Shown: in pieces, positions 1-12,475 of the stretch | How the letters are laid out: the number at the start of each line of letters is the position of its first letter | Position numbering within the stretch: position 1 is the stretch's first letter | From: Octopus vulgaris | Taxonomy: Eukaryota | DNA: 64,000 nt | Assembly: GCA_951406725.2 (NCBI GenBank) | Contig: OX597817.1 | Coordinates: 156,674,001-156,738,000, forward strand | Direction of reading: 5' to 3' | Program-made: the position numbers and the translations under genes | The notes under the pieces: model-generated | Told to the model about the DNA's origin: nothing | Database searches by the model: none | Seen by the model: the letters and a program-made list of their open reading frames with translations, nothing else

Positions 1-146
1 ATCATTTTTATTATTATTTTATTATTTTAGTGGATCTTGTATTATGGCAGTAATTTATTTGGGGAATCGGTGCATGATATAGTTCTTGGTTTCAGTTCCC
101 TTCTTTTTTTTACCAGTGTTATTTGGGGCGTTATACCTTCCCATTT

Positions 147-490
147 CATCATCATCATCATCATCATCATTTAGCATCCGTTTTCCATGCTAGCATGGGT
201 TGGACGGTTCAACTGGGGTCTGTGAAGCCAGAAGGCTGCATCAGGCCCAGTCTGATCTGGCAGTGTTTCTACGGCTGGATGCCCTTCCTAACGCCAACCA
301 CTCCGAGAGTGTAGTGGGTGATTTTATGTGCCACCGACACAGGTGCCAGACGAGGCTGGCAAACGGCCACGCTCGGATGGTGTTTTTTTACGTGCCACCG
401 GCACGGAGGCCAGTCAATGCGGTACTGGCTACGGCCACGTTCGGATGGTCTTCGTATGTGCCACCGGCACTGGTACCACAAAGCTACAAA
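147..490 (-). mobile_element. SINE/retroposon copy (family D) with (ATG)n tail
   Basis: (CAT)n run 147-170, then a CCATGCTAGCATGG palindrome and the motif GGATGCCCTTCCTAACGCCAACC. Related degenerate copies occur near 5222-5340 and 52050-52250, and on the opposite strand near 4610-4725, 8600-8720 and 58340-58490. The 5' boundary is approximate. Confidence 0.6.
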
Positions 491-1083
491 TTCCATTAAT
501 GTTCATCGAGTTTGCTTTTGATTTTGTCCATTTTGTCAATTTTATAAATCCTTCTTATAAATCCAAAGATCCATCTTTAATTCAGAAATTATCATCATCA
601 TCATCATCATCATCATTATTATTATCATCACTTTCATGTTTCCACTGCTGTGCTGTACATCAGTGACCCCAAAAATGCCCTAAAGGAGTGACGCACAAAT
701 ATCTCTTTTTGATCTTCTTTGAATGGACAAAAGTTTCTTGGATGGACAAACATGGTAGACAGTGAGATAATATAAACCCTTCTCTTTCCTGTTCTCTCTC
801 TTCAGCTTATGTCCTTCCTTCCTTCCTTCCTACTCTCTTCATTACATCCTTTTACATTACAAGTTCAGATCCCATCACTTTACCTTTCATACACGCAGGG
901 TCAAGAAATGATCATCAGCCATATATAACTGGCACCAGTTTCAAAAACATGTAATCTTGAGTCAATGCTAGAAACCATTACTGTAAAGCCAATTATGATT
1001 AACTATTTAAATTCTTAGGTTTAAACATCTGGTTTGATGATAGTCTGGTGCCATTCAAATACTGCACACTGAATATATATATG

Positions 1084-1316
1084 TTTCTTTACTACCCACA
1101 AGGGGCTAAACATAGAGGGGACAAACAAGAACAGACAAACGAATTTAAGTCGATTATATCGACCCCAGTGCGTAACTGGTACTTAATTTATCGACCCCGA
1201 AAGGATGAAAGGCAAAGTCGACCTCGGTGGAATTTGAACTCGGAACGTAACGGTAGACGAAATATGGCTACGCATTTCGCCCAGCGTGCTAACCGTTCTG
1301 CCAGCTCGCCGCCTTC
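1084..1316 (-). mobile_element. tRNA-derived SINE (family C; central GCCTTTCATCCTTTCGGGGTCGATAAA core resembling Nin/Deu-type SINE domains)
   Basis: Near-identical copies at 4783-5001 and 59129-59359. The minus strand reads AAGGCGGCGAGCTGGCAGAA...GAGTTCAAATTCC (B-box-like), then the core and an AT-rich tail. Confidence 0.8.
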
Positions 1317-1375
1317 TTATACACTGAATATATATATACTTTGTATAGTACTATGTATTATATCTTATATAGTAT

Positions 1376-1562
1376 GAGGTGGTGAGCTGGTAGAATCATT
1401 ACTGCTCCAGATAAAATGCCCTGTGGCATTTCTTCCAGACCTCAAAAGCCACCAAGTTCAATTTTGCCTTTCAGTTAACCCCTCTCAAAATGGACTTCAG
1501 GGTCAATGTAAATGACTTATCTCTCCCCCTCAATTTTGCCGGCCTTGTTCCAAAATTAGAAA
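1376..1562 (+). mobile_element. degenerate family-C SINE copy
   Basis: GAGGTGGTGAGCTGGTAGAATCATTA...TTTTGCCTTTCA...GGCCTTGTTCCAAAATTAGAAA resembles the family C head and core in + orientation. A similar relic lies at about 17950-18160. Confidence 0.5.
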
Positions 1563-2018
1563 TAATCCATATGTTATGTAGTATGAAATATTATTGGGAA
1601 TTAAATAATAGTGTATAGAAAAATATACAAGTTCGTTAAGACAGTGTAGTGTATGGACATAGACTTCAATCAGAGATGATGCTAAGTTGGTATGTGTATC
1701 TATGCATTACATTTTAAATGCATATCTACATGTGTGTTGATATATTCATGTACATATGTATGCTTTAACTCATTTGATATCAATCCACCTGAAACCAACT
1801 TGGGTCTTTGATACAAACTTAATTTTAAAATACTCTAAATTGAAACCAGTCAAAAATTTCATGTTTATTTTTGCTCCAATTACCAATGAAAACAATTGTA
1901 GTGTATTTCAATAGAAACATAACAAAAAGGTTAATATTAATATAATAGTATGTGTACCTCTATAATGTATATATGTATGTATGTACACGGACTTTATTAT
2001 GGAGATAATTAAATATAA

Positions 2019-2415
2019 TCTTTATATATAAAAGAGAGGTTGTGTGCTGTCTGTCTCCTACGATTTAGATTCCTAACTACTCCCACATTTTGAGGTGCAG
2101 TTTAACCAAAACCGGGTATCTTATAGTCGTGATTCATATCGAGCCCTTCTGGGTATTAGCGCACGTCTATGATGAGTCTACGATTTAAAAAAAATTTACC
2201 ATCAATTTTTCCCATTTTTAATGCATTTTTGGCATATATAAGGGAAGTAACTCTCTAAAAATTTATTATTAAATCTCAGAACGTAAAAAGCTACAGTAAC
2301 ACACACCCCCCTTGTGGTTAGCCATATTGAGATGGCTATTATACTTTACATCTCTAAAAATGCTTATATAGTTATTTCCATTACAAACCCGAGCAACGCC
2401 GGGCGATACTGCTAG
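2019..2415 (+). mobile_element. non-autonomous Helitron
   Basis: Starts TC (TCTTTATATATAAAAG) after an A and ends CTAG before a T. A GC-rich subterminal hairpin CCCGAGCAACGCCGGG lies at 2388-2403, and there is no TSD. These are the canonical Helitron termini. Confidence 0.75.
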
Positions 2416-2633
2416 TATATATATAAATATTTTAAGGCTATTTTTAACTAAGCTGACATGTTTCAAAGCATTGAGATATGGAATTAAATCATGCCATATT
2501 ATAACAGTTCCCAGAATAAAATTGGAGTCAGTGAGTTACAACTAGTGATTTGATCTAAGATTTTGTGTTTGGAACTAAAGCAATTACATCATGGTAGAGT
2601 CACTGTAGCCATTGAAGAGACACATGTAGTTCT

Positions 2634-3023
2634 GGATGGAAGCACTCTGTCGGTTACGACAACGAGGGTTCCGGTTGATCCGAATCAACGGAACAGCCTG
2701 CTCGTGAAATTAACGTGCAAGTGGCTGAGCACTCCACAGACACGTGTACCCTTAACATAGTTCTCGGGGATATTCAGCGTGACACAGAGAGTGACAAGGC
2801 CGGCCCTTTGAAATACAGGTACAACAGAAACAGGAAGTAAGAGTGAGAGAAAGTTATGGTGAAAGAGTACAGCAGGGATCACCCCACCACCCCCTGCCGG
2901 AGCCTCGTGGAGCTTTTAGGTGTTTTCGCTCAATAAACACTCACAACGCCCGGTCTGGGAATCGAAACCGCGATCCTACGACCGCAAGTCCGCTGCCCTA
3001 ACCACTGGGCCATTGCGCCTCCA
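2634..3023 (-). mobile_element. young tRNA-derived SINE (family A)
   Basis: Near-identical to 12091-12475 and 33050-33434. The head has A box TGGCCCAGTGG and B box GGTTTCGATTCCC. Flanking direct repeat (CAC)ATGTAGTTCT at 2621-2633 and 3022-3034. Confidence 0.9.
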
Positions 3024-3619
3024 CATGTAGTTCTACACCCTTTGGAGCTTGTGTGTGTGCGTGTGTCTGTTTCTATTGAGAAGGTTTTCTTTCAGTTTGT
3101 TGATGATACAGTTGACCTCATGGAGGATTGGAAGATGCTAGCTACATAAGCCAGTTTACTTTATATAGGCAACACACACATACATGCATAAACATAGATC
3201 GCAATATATATATATAAATGGAATTGCTGTCCCCTCCTCACTATCAGTGATTGGTCACCACTACCAAACTACTTCGCCACACATGTCTTTCTGTTGTCAA
3301 ACATTTTCTCATTTCCTTTTTTCAAAAAGTCTTCTCATTTCATTATCTTCTGCGGATTGGGACTAGCACCACTACCACCAAGGAATGCTATATTTTGTTA
3401 ACAAATAAATTTCATTTGTTTAAATTTCATTTTTTTCTTCTCTTTACATCATCATATTGAATCTGATAATCTGTTGAGAAAAAAAAAAGTATTACAATCT
3501 TCGTTAAACTAATAAATTAATTATTAAATTATCTTTTAAAATAAATGTAACAACTGCATTTTGTTTCCTGGCTTGTTTGTTTTTCTATTTGACTAAAATT
3601 ATCATTCAAGAAACCTTTA

Positions 3620-4290
3620 TTTATGTAGTCCAGTCCAAGTTTATTCATATACTGAGTCTAGTTTTAATTTTTATATATTATCCAACCCAGTTTATATATA
3701 AATAGTTCCCTATCCAATTTATGTATTGAACCCAGTCCAATTTATGTAGTGTTCAGTATGTGTGTGCGTGTGTATATATATATACATATATACAAACACA
3801 CACCATGCAGTCCAATTCATATATAGTGTCAAGTCTAATTTATATATTATCTAACCCAATTTATATATATATACCCTATCCAATTTATATATTGAGCCTG
3901 GTCCAATTTAAGTAGTGTCCAGTTTATATTTATATACCATCTGCTCCAATTCAAATATAGTGTTGAGTCTAATTTGTATATTATCCAACCCAATTTATAT
4001 ATCTATATATATATATAGTGTCCAAATCCGATTTATGTATAGAGTCCAGCCCAATTTATATACTGTCCAATTCATATATAGTGTTAAGTCTAATTTCTAT
4101 ATTATCCAACCCAATTTAAGTATAGAGTCCAGTCCAATTTTTGTGGTGTCCAATATATATATTTATAGTCCAGACTAATTTGTATATTTATTATCTCACC
4201 CAATTTATATATAGTGTTCAGTATATTTTAAGTTCACCAGCTCACATCATCAATATGTATTGTGTCCAGTCTAAGTTCAGTCTATTTATG
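3620..4290. repeat. degenerate ~22-bp minisatellite (TATATAGTGTCCAGTCCAATTT-like)
   Basis: Recurring CCAATTTAT(G/A)TATAG(T/A)GTCCAG units throughout. A second patch of the same unit lies at about 5760-6130. Confidence 0.65.
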
Positions 4291-4339
4291 TCTAGTAATC
4301 AGTCTTATGTCATGTCCAACTCATTTTACCTATAGGTAT

Positions 4340-4725
4340 ATATGACTATGTGGTTAAGAAGTTAACTTCTTAAGCACTTAATTTGGGGTTCAGTCCTGCT
4401 GCATGCCATCTCTGGTATGTGTCTTCTATTCTAACCTCAGGCCATCCAAAGCTATGAGATTTGATTTGGTAGATAGAAATGGAAAGAAGTCAATCATGGA
4501 TGTGTGTGTGTGTTTGATATTACACATTGGTTATAAATAAGTATCACTGTCATACAATTGGTGTTCCTTTTTCCAATCATCTGTAAAAGCATGTTCAGTC
4601 ATGGGAAAATATTGTCTTGAGGTGAGGGTTGGCAACAAGAAGAGCATCCAACCAACCACTGAAAATCTACCTCAACAAATTCAGTCTGTCCCACACAAGC
4701 ATGGAACATTATACATTAAAATGAC
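4340..4725 (+). mobile_element. old degenerate SINE (family B-like head, D-like 3' part)
   Basis: TGACTATGTGGTTAAGAAGT...GGGTTCAGTCC...GTGTCTTCTA...GAGGGTTGGCAACAAGAAGAGCATCCA. The same layout recurs at 8278-8720 and 58097-58735. Confidence 0.55.
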
Positions 4726-4782
4726 GTGTGTATATATATCATCATCATCATCCTTTAACATCCGTTTTCCGTGCTAGCACGG

Positions 4783-5001
4783 ACAAGGGGCTAAACATAG
4801 AGGGGACAAACAAGGACAGACAAAGGGATTAAGTCGATTACATCGACCCCCAGTGTGAAACTGGTACTTTATTTATCAACCCCGAAAGGATGAAAGGCAA
4901 AGTCGACCTTGGCAGAATTTGAACTCAGAACGTAACGACAGACGAAATACCGCTAAGCATTTCGCCTAGCGCGCTGATGTTTCTGCCAGCTCACCACCTT
5001 A
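4783..5001 (-). mobile_element. family-C SINE
   Basis: Matches 1084-1316 and 59129-59359. Its tail end is fused to a short family-D 3' end at 4739-4783. Confidence 0.8.
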
Positions 5002-5498
5002 AATATATATATATATATAGTGGTTATCTACTCCTGTACCTACGCCTTAGAAACATTGTGGCATCTGATATGGCTTTTTAAACCAGATGATGTTTTGAAA
5101 AGACACCCGCATAGATTGCCCATCCGATTTGGACCACCAAGAGCTGCAGATAAGTTCTGATCTTTGTGGATCTTAAAATGTCTTTTGAGGCCTCCATTGG
5201 ACTTGCAAACCTTATGGGATACATCATCATCATCATCATTGTTTTAACATCCATGTTTCTATGCTTGCATGGTCAAGTAGGATTTGCTGAAGCAGGTTTT
5301 CTATGTCCAGGTGCTGTTCCTGTTACAAATGCTTACCTGTTTGCAAGCAAGCAAATATTCCCCCACCCCACCCCACCCGCCATCCAGACATGTTTTCATG
5401 GGAGACTATGAATAAACAGTAGTTCTTCTATATTGGTGGTGATTGCTTACAATTTGTATTCAATGTCAAAACAAGAAGACAGAAATACACACACACAC

Positions 5499-5534
<36 letters not shown>

Positions 5535-5999
5535 GCACAAGCACACATACAACTACCTTCTCTTCTCCCTACTAAATTCACTCAAGCCTTTATCAGTCCA
5601 TGGTTATAGCAGAAGATACTTTTCCAAGGTGTGACGCTGGTACTAAATCCCAAACCACATCACTGTAAAGTGAATTTCTTGACCACACACCCATGTATAC
5701 ATGTATGTGTGTGTATGTATATCTATATATATATATATATATATATATATTGAGAGAGAGAGTGTCCAGTTCAGTTAACAGTATTCAGTGTAATTTATTG
5801 AAATTTATCAACCCTTATAAACAATATACACCCAGTCCAAATAATTTATGTATAGTGTCCACTTTATTTTATTTTATTTTAACTTTTAAGCCAAGTATAA
5901 TGTCCACCCCATGCTACTTGTTTATTTATATCCCAGCCCATTTTATTTAGATGTATAATGCACAACCCAGTTTATTTTATGTATATAGTGCCCAATCCA

Positions 6000-6061
<62 letters not shown>

Positions 6062-6650
6062 GTGTCCAGTTAAATATTGTCTAGTCAGTTATTTTTGTGT
6101 AGTGTCCAGTTCAATATGCTTACAGTATTGTGCCCCATTTTATTCCTAAGGATTTTGTGATTATGATTTGGCCATTTTATGTTTTTGGACAAATATAGGC
6201 TGAACATTTTCAGCACTGATTACACACTGACTCCTAATAAAGGTTTTGTGAATGAATACTTATAGAATTTTATTTTTTTAATTATCAATATAATTATTAT
6301 TATACTAATAAACTAAACCTCATTTAGTAAAATATAACTGATTGAATCTTACTTGTTAATCACTATTTGTGAGCAGTTTCAAATATCTCTTGTTTCCCCT
6401 ATTCCCCTTGGCTCCCTATATATTTATATATATATATATATATAATTTTAATTATTCTGACTATGAAATAACATTTTTCAATGTATTTTCTCTTTACTAA
6501 TCCTCGTGTAGCCATGTTGACCTTGATTTTTTTTAAGAGTGTAAACCATTTTTTTAACTACAACCTGTTTGCCAATTCTGTTCACATTTTCTGCAACCAA
6601 CTCATAGTGGTTATTTTCATTTAACTTTTACACATCTTTGGAAAGACAGA

Positions 6651-6685
<35 letters not shown>

Positions 6686-8277
6686 TCATTTTTTTAATAT
6701 GTGTATACTTCTTGCATAAAAACCAAACTACCAAAGCATACAATCTAATATGTTTTTTGAATTTTTTCAAAAAGGAAAAAAAAAATGATAAAATTGCCAA
6801 ATGACTAGAAATGTATATATTTTGTCAAAAGAAAAAAACAACCTATTTTTTGGCTTTAGCTTGCCTCTGCATGTAACCAGTATTTTAGATATTTTTAACT
6901 ATTTCCTCTATCTTTTTTTTCAAGTGAGATGTTCAATAATTTTAACCCCATTTTCCACACATTTTTTCTTAACCTTTCTCGAATAATAGATCTCTTGTTT
7001 TACCACATTTGATGGCATATAAGATGCACATTTTTTCCCCAAAAAAGAAAAAGTGTTTGAAAAAAATCACCATGGTTCCTATATGCAGAGTTGGGCCTCC
7101 CATAAGTTAATTTTGTCCCTAGTGCTTTTTCTTTTAATATGCACTGCTGAAATTGAGGTGCATCTAAGTTGCCTATACATCTTTTATACCATCAAATACA
7201 GTATATATTAATCCTTAGATACACCTGCATACACCAATTAACATTTGAAAGGTGCAATTGCTGTAAGATTAAAGTGCAATGTTACTAACCACGCTGCATG
7301 ATCATAAAAGTTTAAACCTTTCTACTATAACCCTTTTGGTGTCCTTGAGCAAAGTACGTAAATCTGCTATTGCAGACCATTACTTGTTTTTTTTTTCCAA
7401 CTGTACTTTTGGGGGAAGATTAGCTTAGTCTTAGCTTCCCAAAGTTCCACATCCCACTTCACACTGGTTAGAGATAAGAAACTGTAAAAAAAGAAAAAAA
7501 AAAAAGGGGGGGGAATTCTCACAAGTAAACCATGTCCAAAAGCATGACCTTGTTGTTAGTGGATTGGATTCATGAGTGTAATGTCATGGTTTTTTAATTC
7601 CTAGACCAGGCAGCACATTGGGTCCTTCAGCAAAACACTTCATTTTACATTGGCCCAGCCCACACATTTGGAGGTTGACTCTGCGAAGGACTGACATCAC
7701 ATTCTGTATATGTGTATGACAGGGCTATTGTGCCATGAAAATAGGAGAAACTCCAGCACTAATGAGCCTATAGTGTCATGACCCAAGGCATCTCCCACCA
7801 TGCCTGCTTGGTAGAAATGGATATGAACTATGTAAAGAATTTTGTTTGATGACAGAAACTTTGTGTATGTGTTAGTGTCTATGTACATACACATAACGAA
7901 AAATATGTATAGATATATTAAGCATATGTATACATACATATATTCTGATATTAACCTATCTCTTTGTCTCTACACAAGTATATATTATCTTTGTGTATAT
8001 ACATGTACATAACTTTTATACACACATACACAAACTTATGATATCTAACTCAGTTTAAATGATATTTTAAAATATATCTTTTGGTATATTTACCCTTTGT
8101 TTTTTTATTGAAAAAGAACTGGTTGTGAAGTCATGTTTTAACGAGTCTAAAATTTTGTACTGTCACTAATTCGTCAATATAAACATACAAGAGGGAAAAA
8201 AGCATCCTTGGTCCAAATTAGTCTTTTAAAATGGATATAAAGTAATTAATATAAAATAATATTTATCACTTAATGAG

Positions 8278-8720
8278 ATGGCTGTATGATGAGGTTTGCC
8301 TCCCAACTATGTGGTTTTTAAGCACAGTCCCACTGTCCAGCACTTTGGGCGTGTCTCTTGTATATCCTCAAGCTTACTAAAACCTTATACATGGATTTAG
8401 TAGATGGAAACTGAAAGAAATTTGTCATATAAGTATAGGTAGATAGATACAAATATATGAGAGAGAGAGATGTGTGTATTTGGGTGTGAGTCTTATCTTG
8501 ACATTATGTGATAATTGTAAATGAGTGTCACCATCTTACAAGTGGTGGTATTCATTTCCAACCTTCCATGGAAATATGTCCGACTATAAAGCAAATATTA
8601 CCTTGCTTGGAAACAGGTGAAGGTTGGCGACAGGAAAGGCATCCAATTGTAGAAAATTTGCCTCAATAAACTCCATCTGACTAATACAAACATGCAAAAG
8701 CAGACATTAAAATAATGATA
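8278..8720 (+). mobile_element. old degenerate SINE (B/D-like)
   Basis: ATGGCTGTATGATGAGG...CAGTCCCACTG...GTAGATGGAAACTGAAAGAA...GGTTGGCGACAGGAAAGGCATCCA, colinear with 4340-4725. Confidence 0.5.
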
Positions 8721-9170
8721 CTGCTGGGGGCCCACTATAAATGATTTTCTGCTGATACTCCCGTGCTTGTTAGCAGAGTATGAACCATCGTTGTCCATGA
8801 TGCTAAATTCAGCTTGAGATATATTATTCTTATTTTATTTGTATGTCAGAATTAAAGATTGTGCTATCACCAATGATGAGCTATTTATATGGCAAAGTTA
8901 TAATTCTTGGCAGAAATACTTTTGAAATATTTACCAAGATCACATTAAGGAATAAAATACTTCACACAGTTTCTTGTTTTACTGATTTGAATCAGGATGG
9001 GACACTGCCTTCAAGGATTTTAGTTGATTATATATCTGCTCCCAATACTTATTTCTATCTGGTATTTGTTTTATCAATCCCTATACGTCTTACTGCTAAG
9101 TTGAGGTGTAAAGGAACACAATATAAGCAACAGTGGTTTTCAAATTGATTTAAATACACAATCACACACA

Positions 9171-9211
<41 letters not shown>

Positions 9212-9636
9212 AACAAGCTTCTGTACAATTTTCATCTACCAAATTCAACTTCTGGGTATACCTGGAATAACTGATGAGATGAATCTAAACTATAACTGGT
9301 GAGGATACTTGGAAAGAATCTAAGGCAGTGCTTACAACTTCTAATCTAAATAATATGCATCAATTTTAAGGCTCTTAGGATAAATGAATGAAAAAAAAAA
9401 ATGGCTCTATGTTATTAGTTTTCTTACAACTTTTTTATGTTATCTGCAGTATTAGTTATATTTTAGGATAATTTACCATGATTCTTTGTGTGATTTGTCT
9501 TGCCTCAGAAGCACGCATTTCATTGACTAGCAAATGTCAAATCAATATGACATCTGCTTTGAAACAACAGAGCAAGAAGTTTAATTCTTCTTAGCATAAC
9601 ATAGCCATTAACTCAAAATGGCTTTACTAGAGCATG

Positions 9637-9673
<37 letters not shown>

Positions 9674-11439
9674 ATACACGCACACACAAAACAAAAAAGA
9701 CCTGCACAGTGTGCTGGTTGTAAGTCTCATTCTCAAAGAGTTTGAACAACTACTTCTGTATATGACAATCTTCCAAATCAGTGGTTACTTGGCTTACTTG
9801 ACAGTTGTGTCTGAAAAAGCCAGTTTTGTGTGTGCCTTAGCAACAGGACTTCAAGGTAATGATGATGGACTGAGGTTAGCAAAATTACAGGTGCTTATGT
9901 AAGGTAGGAGGAAATGTGGTATGTTTGGACATTGGGTTTCACGAGGGAAGTGCAACCTTTTAATTTGTTAGTACTTAGAGTTAAGACACTTGGCTAGAAA
10001 CAGTGGCTAAAGGTACTTGAAAATTATTTGGCTAGAACTGGCACAAAAATGATTATAATATATATGGTAGTAGTGAAGGTTTTCTGAGACACCCTATATT
10101 CACTTTTCTAAGAAAATTTTTTTTTATATATACACTAAAAAATGCTTAATCTTTAAATTTACTACTGATTTAATATGCCATTCCCTTGAAGCCATTCTTC
10201 GGTTAGAACTAATTATTGATTGTCTCACTTGATATGATTTTTTAAATTCCAAAGTAAGTATCGTGTTTTATCAACAAGCATTTTTATGAACACATGTTCA
10301 GCTTCCTACTCAACCAACCATTTATAAACTCCACTATATAAGACTATATAGTATATTTTATAACCAACTGCTATATAATATTATAAAATATGTAATGTGT
10401 GTGTTTATTGAATCTGGAAATTGGATTGCTACAATCTTTCTGTAATTCAAAACTGAAAAACTTTATATTGTTTATTGTGGACTTTATCCACTCACCCCTT
10501 GAAATATTGTAAATTCAAACTTGACCCCTTGACTAGATAAATTGTAAATTCCAACTTGCACATAATCTTTATACATTTATTTATTTTTTAAAACTTCATT
10601 ACTAAACTAAATAAATGTCTTTTATACAATAATGAAAGTCTTAAGGAACAAAAATTGAAAATATAATCTGATCTGAGAGTAATTTAAAATTCCAGACTAT
10701 CAATTTGTTAACTTCATCCTTCTGAGTATTCTTATTTTATTATTCTGCACTACTTTTTAGTGAGTTTATTTTCCTATCAATTTTTAATGCATCAATCAAC
10801 AATATAGTGTAAAATACAAGATAAAGATGGCCAATTTAAAATCAATTCTAAAACTACTGACAATATTTTCTCTTTTGCTATAATTCTTCTACAGTTAACC
10901 TTTTTTTCTTTCTCGTTATTATAATTATCTTTACATTTATTATTTTCAACACCAATTTATTTTTGGTCTTGCCTTGCACATGCTTTAGAAATAACATAGT
11001 TTGGCTTTTTTCATTCTTGCACTTTGTTGTGGGTGATGGTCATGGTGAAACTGTCATCACTAGGTGATGATGTTTGCTATAATAACAACAGTAGTAGCCA
11101 CAAACAAAAGTAAACTAAACAATATATTCTAACATAACATTGAAACTAACCTTTAAAAGTTCTAAATTTAAAGTTAAACATTTCAGGATCCCCACCAATA
11201 AAATATCTCATGCTTTGTTTCAAATTTTATTTATTCACTTTCTTATTTTAGAATCAAGAGTGAGGCAGAAAAATATTGAAAAATTTGTGTTAGTTATTAG
11301 TATGTTGATAAGGCGGCCTTGAGTCTCCATAGAAATTCAGTATTACCCAGACTCTCACTATAATAGCGTCTATTAGTCAGATTTTATTTTCTCTCCCTAT
11401 TGGCAAAATTGTCACTATAGTAACTCTAATCAATTAGTG

Positions 11440-11856
11440 TTTTGCATACCCTCCATCAGACACCTACCATATTCTGAGCGCCTTGTTTCCCTGGGCATGG
11501 ATTCACTGAAGCTCCGGCGTCTGGCGACGGACTTGGTAAACACCCACAAAGTTATCAACCACCTCACCAACAACAACACTGAACACCTTTTTGATCTCCA
11601 TGTGTCTAACACACGTGGACATGCCTACAAAGTCAGAAAACAACACAGCTCCCATGACTTTCAGAAACATTTTTTCACGCTCAGAGTTGCTGAAGCATGG
11701 AATAAACTGCCTGCGTCAGTTGTTGACTGCCATGATACTGCATCCTTTAAGGCCCTCATGCTTTCCGAAATCCGCTGAAACTACACCTGATTATATATAC
11801 ACTTTAGATGAGTTGTAGTGCACCTGAGCACTGTACACAATTATTATTATTATTAT
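11440..11856 (+). mobile_element. 5'-truncated CR1-clade LINE, 3' end of ORF2 plus 3' UTR and (ATT)n tail
   Basis: The ORF at 11437-11778 encodes LPYSERL..L...SL..RRL..DL...TRGH..K......RKHFF-like..RV...WNKLP..VV......FK, the typical C-terminus downstream of CR1-type reverse transcriptase. ATT repeats follow at 11840-11856. Confidence 0.85.
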
Positions 11857-12090
11857 AGTATATACTATCATCTGTCAGATTGTCACTATAATGAGACATG
11901 ATCAGTTAATATGTCCCTATAAGTCCTCATTGGTCCTTCCATCAGCATTAAGTCCCCTCATTGGTCTTTGTCACAGCAATAAGTCATCTAATATATTTGA
12001 TGATTTACTCCTTTCCAGAAACAAAATATATATATTGCAGTCAGAAGTATCTTAGTTACCTTGAGTTGATTCCTTACTACAACCATCTCG

Positions 12091-12475
12091 AGTATAGGCG
12101 CAATGGCCCAGTGGTTAGGGCAGCAGACTCGCGGTTGTAGGATCGCGGTTTCGATTCCCAGACCGGGCGTTGTGAGTGTTTATTGAGTGAAAACACCTAA
12201 AGCTCCACGAGGCTCCCGGCAGGGGATGGTGGTGAACCCTGCTGTACTCTTTCACCACAACATTCTCTCACTCTTACTTCCTGTTTCTGTTGTACCTGTA
12301 TTTCAAAGGGCCGGCCTTGTCACTCTCTGTGTCACGCTGAATATCCCCGAGAACTACGTTAAGGGTACACGTGTCTGTGGAGTGCTCAGCCACTTGCACG
12401 TTAATTTCACGAGCAGGCTGTTCCGTTGATTGGATCAACCAGAACCCTCGTCGTCGTAACCGACGGAGTGCTTCC
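12091..12475 (+). mobile_element. young tRNA-derived SINE (family A)
   Basis: GGCGCAATGGCCCAGTGGTTAGGG...GGTTTCGATTCCCAGACC head. 12-bp TSD ACAACCATCTCG at 12079-12090 and 12476-12487. Confidence 0.9.

Noticed and set aside
12097-12170. tRNA gene
   Set aside because: The A/B boxes are followed by about 300 bp of SINE body shared by three copies with TSDs; this is a SINE head.
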